Part shown: piece by piece, positions 58,154 through 64,000 of the stretch
Layout: the number at the start of each line of letters is the position of its first letter
Position numbering within the stretch: the first letter of the stretch is position 1
NCBI GenBank assembly: GCA_963739305.1
Contig: CAVTZU010000001.1
Span: 11,371-75,370 of the forward strand
Origin: Candidatus Bathyarchaeota archaeon
Lineage (GTDB): Archaea > Thermoproteota > Bathyarchaeia > Bathyarchaeales > Bathycorpusculaceae
Length of the DNA stretch: 64,000 nucleotides
Reading direction: 5' to 3'
Translations under genes and position numbers: made by a program
The notes under the pieces: model-generated
Database searches by the model: none
The model's input: only the letters and a program-made list of their open reading frames with translations
Told to the model about the DNA's origin: nothing

Positions 58154-58608
58154 AGCGCGCGCTAACGGCGCGGCAAATACACGATGAATCAGGCACAAAC
58201 GATTATGAAATTCGCGCTATTTCCCAACTTTGGCTGAGTGTTTTTCCTTCTTTTGCTTATTCTTTTTTTTCAATGAAGGCATACGCTAATTCCCTCAAAG
58301 CAATACTTACAATCAATGATGTTACCCTATGTAGGTCTTAAGACTTTTCACGGTTAAGCCTATAGGAGTTAGAAAAAGGGGTTTGCCTAAAAACTAACTC
58401 TATTTGACTGCTTCTTTCAGGTCAAGTTCAAACAGTCTATAGAACTCACTACCTGCTTGTGTATCGTACTGGTTGCATAATTCTCGTCTCTTGTTTTCTG
58501 CCAATTTAGTGCGCTTCAAGTGTTTGGAACTATTACCTTCATATTCGCCATAAATGAAAAGGGCCTTTTCAACATCTCTAGGTGTCCATCCTCGCTCTTG
58601 ATTTCTGT

Positions 58609-59961
58609 TTAGATTTTGTCCTTTGATAGTTTTGCGATAAAGAAGCCGTTGCATTTGTGAGTGTGAGGATAGAGCCTTTGACATTTTTCTAATCCTCTCA
58701 GTCCGGGCGAGCCTATTCTCGGCGTTATTTCGCTCAGTGAAAGCTCTGGATGCCATTTCAGGAATTTTTCAATGAGCATTTCATTTTCTTCGGTTGTTAC
58801 ACTGCATGTGGAATAGATTAATGTGCCTCCTGACTTTACCTTGTCTGCGTAGTTGTTCAGCATTTGCCATTGAATTTCAGACATTCGCTCAATCGACTGG
58901 GGGGTAAGCCGCCATTTGGCCGAAGGCACTTTTCCAAAGGTGCCTGTGCCTGTGCATGGTGGATCTAAAACTATGATGTCTGCCTCTTCCGTGAACGGTA
59001 ATGGGGTGCGTGCATCTGCAATGATTGGTTCGGCGATCTCTACACCCATGTGTGCAATTTGGCTTTTCCAGACGGTGATTCTGCGCTTTGAGTAATCTAT
59101 GGAGAGGATGCTGCCGCGGTTCTGCATCAACTGGGCCAGATAGGTGGTTTTTGCTCCTGGGGCCGCACAAACATCTAAGACGGTCATTCTAGGTTGTGGG
59201 TTTGCGGCTTCTACTGTGAAGCAGCTTGCCTTGTCTTGAACGTAGAATAGGCCTTCCTTGAAGCTTGATGTTCTGGTTACAGGTTGTTTTGCTGTTGCGA
59301 CTTGGTACGTGTAGAGTAACTGTTCAACCTTCTCAAGTCTAACGCCTTCTTCAGAGAGTCTTTCAAGAATTTGCTTTTCCTCAGCTTTGAGCGTGTTCAG
59401 TCTAAGATAAGTTGGCGGCGGCTGCGCATTTGCTTCTAGCATGGCAATGGTTTGGTTTCTGCCGAATAGTTTGAAGCAGTATCTTACGAACCATGTTGGA
59501 TGGAAAGTTTGAAGCCCAACCTGTTCCTCGTCACCTGCACCTGCAAACACCGTTGCACGCTGTTGAGTCAGTAGCACGCCCAGGAAAGGTTCTACTTCTG
59601 TTAGCGTTTTCCATCCTAGAACGCTGCGTGCCAGTTTAGCTATGCCCGCAGCTTCTTTGAGGTTCGGACTGGACCAGTTTTTAGCCATTCGCATTTGATA
59701 AACATAAAGTCGCAGGAACGCCTGCACGCCCAAACTGTATTCGTCGATTGTCGCAGGTTTCATGATGTCATTTATGAATTTGTCTATGAAGTTTTGTCGG
59801 CGAACAGTTTCAGAAACAAGCATATGAGCTAATCTTAAAGAATCATGGTCTTCTATGCCTAGCTGTTTAACCGTTCTCGCGAAAGCTAAAGGCTCACTTA
59901 ATCTTCGCATTTCCATCCAGCTCAGAGTTTCAATGGCAAGCGTCCAAGCTTCTTTAAGCAA
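58609..59961 (-). CDS. RsmB/NOP2-family RNA m5C methyltransferase with NusB-like N-terminal domain
   Basis: QDKAS, DVCAAPGAKT, DPPCTGTG (motif IV), YSTCS (motif VI), GFFIAK. Confidence 0.93.
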   Translation of the reverse strand: MLKEAWTLAIETLSWMEMRRLSEPLAFARTVKQLGIEDHDSLRLAHMLVSETVRRQNFIDKFINDIMKPATIDEYSLGVQAFLRLYVYQMRMAKNWSSPNLKEAAGIAKLARSVLGWKTLTEVEPFLGVLLTQQRATVFAGAGDEEQVGLQTFHPTWFVRYCFKLFGRNQTIAMLEANAQPPPTYLRLNTLKAEEKQILERLSEEGVRLEKVEQLLYTYQVATAKQPVTRTSSFKEGLFYVQDKASCFTVEAANPQPRMTVLDVCAAPGAKTTYLAQLMQNRGSILSIDYSKRRITVWKSQIAHMGVEIAEPIIADARTPLPFTEEADIIVLDPPCTGTGTFGKVPSAKWRLTPQSIERMSEIQWQMLNNYADKVKSGGTLIYSTCSVTTEENEMLIEKFLKWHPELSLSEITPRIGSPGLRGLEKCQRLYPHTHKCNGFFIAKLSKDKI

Positions 59962-60104
59962 ACACGTTCACACACCGATGACAAAGGCGAGGACGTAGAT
60001 AAGAAGCGCGCGCTATAAGCAGTTTTTCAGGCAGGTTGTCTGCAAAGGACGATTGAGGACAAACCGTTTTTAGACGATCTGTTCAATACATTTGTGATCG
60101 TTGG

Positions 60105-60545
60105 ATGAGCACGAAGAGGAAGAGGTACGAGTTTCTGGAGCACACGGCAGATGCTTACGTTGCCGCTTATGGAAAGGATTTCGTTGAAGCTTTCGAAAAT
60201 GCTGCGGTGGCCATGTTCGACGTTATGACTGAGGTTGAGTCGGTGCATCCAAATGTTGAGGATCAAGTTGAGGCGAAAGGTGATGATGAGTATGCGCTTC
60301 TGTACAGTTGGCTTGAGGCTTTGCTCGTGAAATCCGAGACACAAAGAATGCTTTACTCCAAGTTCAGGATTTCAGAGCTCAATCGAGATTCCGATGGGTT
60401 TAAGCTGAGAGCAAGAATATGGGGAGAAGAGTTTGACGCGAAGAGACACTTGCAGAAGGTGGGCGTCAAAGCCGTGACCTACCATCGGATGGAGATAAAC
60501 AAAGCTCCAGGAAAGGTCACGTTGAAGTTCATCCTGGATATCTAG
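60105..60545 (+). CDS. Archease
   Basis: YEFLEHTAD, KAVTYH, C-terminal LDI. Confidence 0.95.
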   Translation: MSTKRKRYEFLEHTADAYVAAYGKDFVEAFENAAVAMFDVMTEVESVHPNVEDQVEAKGDDEYALLYSWLEALLVKSETQRMLYSKFRISELNRDSDGFKLRARIWGEEFDAKRHLQKVGVKAVTYHRMEINKAPGKVTLKFILDI

Positions 60546-60630
60546 AACTTTTCCATAGAAAGCTCTTGCAGAAGTCTTAAATGTTCCAAATCCATCGATT
60601 ATCGGATTGGGAGACATAGGGAGTTTAGGT

Positions 60631-60858
60631 ATGAGCAACTTCAAGAGCACAGCAGAGCGAATCAGACAGTTAGACAATGAACGCAGAAACCTTCTGTTGG
60701 AGATTGAAGAGCTGAAAAAGATGGCTGATTCGAAGGCGAAGGCTCTTGAGAGCGAGGTCAGCATGCTCAGGGAGGAAGTGAGGTCGCTGAGGATGATTCT
60801 TAGCCCAAGCGACGCTGAGCCTGAACCTGAGTTGAAAAAGAAGCCCTTACGCAAGTAA
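60631..60858 (+). CDS. Small coiled-coil protein
   Basis: Continuous heptads (ERIRQLDNERRNLLLEIEELKK...LESEVSMLREEVRSL). Confidence 0.7.
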   Translation: MSNFKSTAERIRQLDNERRNLLLEIEELKKMADSKAKALESEVSMLREEVRSLRMILSPSDAEPEPELKKKPLRK

Positions 60859-60958
60859 ACTGAGTTTCTAAGCTGTCAGCGTACGGTGCGAACGAAAACG
60901 TTAAGAATAGTGAGCGGCGGCTCTAAGTCTCTATTGGAGCTCGGCGGTCTAGGGAAAT

Positions 60959-61885
60959 ATGCACGTAACAAAACTTGAAGAGCACGTCAATTTGATAGAT
61001 GTCGAAACGGGTGGAATTGAAAACTTCATTGCGAGCTACGTGTTGAAGGGCAAGCAGGCCGCAATTGTTGAGACAGGTCCAACTTCATCCGTGCCTAACC
61101 TTCTTGCTGGTTTGAAAGAACTCGACGTCAGGCTGGAAGAGGTCGCCTATGTTGCAGTGACGCATATCCATCTGGATCACGCGGGAGGCGTTGGAACCCT
61201 CTTGAAGAGTTTGCCTAACGCGAGAGTCATTGTTCATCCGGCGGGTGCGCCGCATCTTGCGAACCCTCAGAAACTGTGGCAGCAGTCGATGCAAGTTCAA
61301 GGACAACAGATTGCAGACTTGTACGATGAACCTGAGCCTGTTCCGGCTGAAAGAATCGTTCCGGCCAAAGACGGCATGATTTTTGATTTAGGAAATAACG
61401 TTAGAATCAAGGTTGTTGAAACACTGGGACACGCTTCTCATCATCAGAGCTACATTGAAACGAGTAGTCTTGGGCTTTTTCCAGGAGATGCAGCGGGCAT
61501 CTACTTCAAAAGTCTAGATGTTGTTGTGCCAACTACGCCTGCACCTTTTTACCTAGAAAGCCAGTTAGCTTCCTTGGAGAAACTGGTCAATCTTAACCCA
61601 AAGAACCTGTACTACAGCCATTTTGGCAGAGCCACGGACGCGGTTGAAAAGCTCAAGACATACGGGGAGCAACTCAAACTGTGGGTTTCAATCGCTGAGC
61701 AAGGATTCCAGAATCATCAGGATTTTGATGCTGTTCGCGACGAAATCGTGCGTAGAGATGAGTCTGTTCAGAAAGTTTTGCGGCTGATCAAGGATCATCC
61801 GATCTTGAGGATGACTGTGCTTAACAACAGCGTTGAGGGCGTCGTAAAATACGTGGAAAGAATCCGAACCGCTCCGAAAAAGTAG
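60959..61885 (+). CDS. Metallo-beta-lactamase-fold hydrolase
   Basis: THIHLDHAGG, GHASHH, GDAAG, SHFG. Confidence 0.92.
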   Translation: MHVTKLEEHVNLIDVETGGIENFIASYVLKGKQAAIVETGPTSSVPNLLAGLKELDVRLEEVAYVAVTHIHLDHAGGVGTLLKSLPNARVIVHPAGAPHLANPQKLWQQSMQVQGQQIADLYDEPEPVPAERIVPAKDGMIFDLGNNVRIKVVETLGHASHHQSYIETSSLGLFPGDAAGIYFKSLDVVVPTTPAPFYLESQLASLEKLVNLNPKNLYYSHFGRATDAVEKLKTYGEQLKLWVSIAEQGFQNHQDFDAVRDEIVRRDESVQKVLRLIKDHPILRMTVLNNSVEGVVKYVERIRTAPKK

Positions 61886-61960
61886 TTGTCTCCCCTGTTT
61901 TCCTCAACATCGTTTATATTTCTGCTTAGTCACGTTTTCCTATAACAACCAGGTGAGACA

Positions 61961-63439
61961 TTGGGGGAAGAAGGAAGTCGGGCTCCAAGAGAGACAGTTC
62001 CAATTCAAAAGATAGACGATTACTCGTGGGCTATTCCAAAGTACAAGCCGGGCATGCGCGTTCCTGGACTGGTCTTCGCAAACAAAGACCTGCTTGAGAA
62101 GATGAGGACCGATCGAACGCTTCAGCAATGCGCTAACGTGGCGCATCTTCCAGGGATCTATCGGCACGCCATAACGTTGCCTGATGGACATGAAGGATAC
62201 GGTTTCCCGATCGGAGGAGTCGCTGCAACCGACTATGATGAAGGCGTTATAAGCCCAGGCGGCGTCGGCTACGACATTAATTGTGGCGTCCGCCTCGTTA
62301 CGACGAACCTTCTGGAGAAGGAAATCAGGCCCTGGCTTCCCCAACTCGCAGAGACCATTTTCGACAATGTTCCCAGTGGGCTGGGAAGTCGAAGAAAAGA
62401 CCTCAAGGTGTCTATGCAAGACTTGGATAGGCTGAGCACTGAAGGTGTTCAGTGGGCTATCAACAAGGGACTCGGTTGGGCTGGCGATGCTGACCACTGC
62501 GAAGAGAACGGGTGCATGAAGAATGCAGATCCCGATATGGTTTCGTCAAACGCCAAGAACAGAGGGTTAACCCAGATAGGCACGTTGGGGTCGGGCAACC
62601 ATTTTCTGGAGATTCAGAAGGTGGACAAGATCTTTGACCCTGCAACAGCCAAAACGTTCGGAATCGAACAGGAAGGGCAGGCGACGCTGATGATTCACTG
62701 TGGTTCAAGAGGCTTTGGTCATCAGATATGCTCGGATTACCTGCGGGTCATGGAACACGCGGTTCAAAAGTACAAGATTGTCCTGCCTGACAGGGAGCTT
62801 GCGTGCGCGCCTGGAAAAAGCCAAGAGGCCGAAGACTATTACACGGCGATGGCGTGCGCGGTGAACTACGCTTTCGTTAACCGACAGACGATTCTTCACT
62901 GGGTTCGCCAAAGCTTTCGCCAAGTGTTCAAGAAGGACGCCGAAAACTTCGGGCTGAAGCTCGTTTATGACGTGGCTCACAACATTGCCAAGATAGAAAA
63001 CCATGACATCGAAGGTATTAGAAAGAAGGTTTGGGTTCACAGAAAGGGTGCGACCCGAGCATTTCCACCTGGACATGCAGAGATTCCGGCTGACTACCGT
63101 TCTGCTGGGCAGCCTGTTCTGATTCCTGGAAGCATGGGAACGAGCAGTTGGCTCTTGGTGGGCAGGGACAAAGCTATGCAAACCACGTTCGGCTCGACTG
63201 CACACGGTGCAGGACGAATGATGAGCAGGAGTGCAGCCAAACGAAATTATTGGGGCAGTAACATAAAGCAGGCCTTGGAAAAGCGCGGCATCTACGTGCG
63301 TGCTGCAAGTGCTGTCGTCCTAGCTGAAGAGGCTGATCTTGCCTACAAGAACGTTGACGTTGTCGTTGAAGTGAGTGACAAGGTTGGAATCGCGACCAAA
63401 GTGGCGAGGTTTGTTCCGATGGCTGTCGTAAAAGGTTAG
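61961..63439 (+). CDS. rtcB: tRNA-splicing ligase RtcB
   Basis: PDGHEGYGFPIG, YDINCG, GSGNHFLE, HCGSRG, HN, HRKGAT, PGSMG, HGAGR. Confidence 0.97.
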   Translation: MGEEGSRAPRETVPIQKIDDYSWAIPKYKPGMRVPGLVFANKDLLEKMRTDRTLQQCANVAHLPGIYRHAITLPDGHEGYGFPIGGVAATDYDEGVISPGGVGYDINCGVRLVTTNLLEKEIRPWLPQLAETIFDNVPSGLGSRRKDLKVSMQDLDRLSTEGVQWAINKGLGWAGDADHCEENGCMKNADPDMVSSNAKNRGLTQIGTLGSGNHFLEIQKVDKIFDPATAKTFGIEQEGQATLMIHCGSRGFGHQICSDYLRVMEHAVQKYKIVLPDRELACAPGKSQEAEDYYTAMACAVNYAFVNRQTILHWVRQSFRQVFKKDAENFGLKLVYDVAHNIAKIENHDIEGIRKKVWVHRKGATRAFPPGHAEIPADYRSAGQPVLIPGSMGTSSWLLVGRDKAMQTTFGSTAHGAGRMMSRSAAKRNYWGSNIKQALEKRGIYVRAASAVVLAEEADLAYKNVDVVVEVSDKVGIATKVARFVPMAVVKG

Positions 63440-63445
63440 ACTGTT

Positions 63446-63880
63446 CTATCTGTATTCTCCGTTTTTCCTATCTATGAGTTCGGAATATCCGATGTCAGCT
63501 TCCACTCCGCTGTTCTTCTCCGTTTCAGTCTTCTTCCCTTCTCGCAGTTTTCGTTCATCCATGAAGTGGGCTTTGTGAAGTTCTTGCATGTACCACTTTC
63601 TTTCTCTAGCATAGTGGATTCCCAAGGCAATTCCAACGATCATCAAGGTCATTCCTGCAGACGTCAGTGAAAGGCTCAGAAGACTGTAGGGGTGTGGCGT
63701 GAGGTGATATGGAATTATGAGGAACCATTCAGGGTTCTGGACGGTCGCTACCGTTACAAGAAGCCCTCCGATGAAGAATACTGATCCGATCATCAGCGTG
63801 AAGTAGCCTATGGTCTCATTGTGTCTCGATTCTTCTGCTTTCTCGTGGAGGTACTCACTGAAAAACAAACTATTCCACAC
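63446..63880 (-). CDS. Two-TM membrane protein
   Basis: EYLHEKAEESRHNE, two TM helices, charged tail. Confidence 0.7.
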   Translation of the reverse strand: MWNSLFFSEYLHEKAEESRHNETIGYFTLMIGSVFFIGGLLVTVATVQNPEWFLIIPYHLTPHPYSLLSLSLTSAGMTLMIVGIALGIHYARERKWYMQELHKAHFMDERKLREGKKTETEKNSGVEADIGYSELIDRKNGEYR

Positions 63881-64000
63881 AGGTAGTGTGCAAGCACGTG
63901 TTTAATTCTGTTATGAATCTCAAGTACACGTTGAATTCTGCATCAGAGCGACGTTTATATCAACAGGCATTCACTAATCCATTTTACGTCGTTTAGCATT

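Noticed and set aside
58400-58756. ORF with WTPRDVEKALF motif
   Set aside because: Its 5' part overlaps the methyltransferase out of frame; at most an AT-rich C-terminal relic that cannot be assigned
1-64000. CRISPR arrays, rRNA, IS transposases, inteins in RtcB/SMC, and the many long antisense ORFs
   Set aside because: No spaced repeats or rRNA/transposase motifs seen; RtcB and SMC are of normal length; antisense ORFs shadow well-supported genes

Overview
Archaeal chromosomal segment, most likely Bathyarchaeia. This is inferred from the TACK-type ribosomal/RNAP operon, SMC-ScpAB, H4MPT C1 enzymes (Ftr, Mtd), a PEF-CTERM beta-helix protein and a Bathyarchaeia-style pilin and recombinases. 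Core content: tRNA-Met(CAT) with a non-canonical intron, RPA, Hsp20, the uS13-uS4-uS11-Rpo3-eL18-uL13-uS9-Rpo10-enolase-uS2-MEMO1-mvk-ipk-fni-idsA-gltX-SRP19 superoperon, eS8, smc/scpA/scpB, aRF1, and archease/RtcB/m5C methyltransferase. Most notable: (1) an uncharacterised pilin + helical-hairpin + Roadblock-DPBB + Roadblock + wHTH gene string at 6.2-9.4 kb, with a frameshifted pilin; (2) a 4.2-kb element with a split SSV-type integrase in tRNA-Ala(TGC), whose attR copy has lost the G3:U70 alanine identity base, followed by the remnant of a second tandem element and CpG-poor cargo; (3) adjacent F420-dependent Mtd and NAD(P)-dependent MtdA/B-type dehydrogenases that share a promoter core and 5' end, each facing a HIT relic; (4) tandem membrane-anchored Zn-ribbon/B-box-like paralogues. 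All family calls come from motif recognition by eye; no database searches were run.
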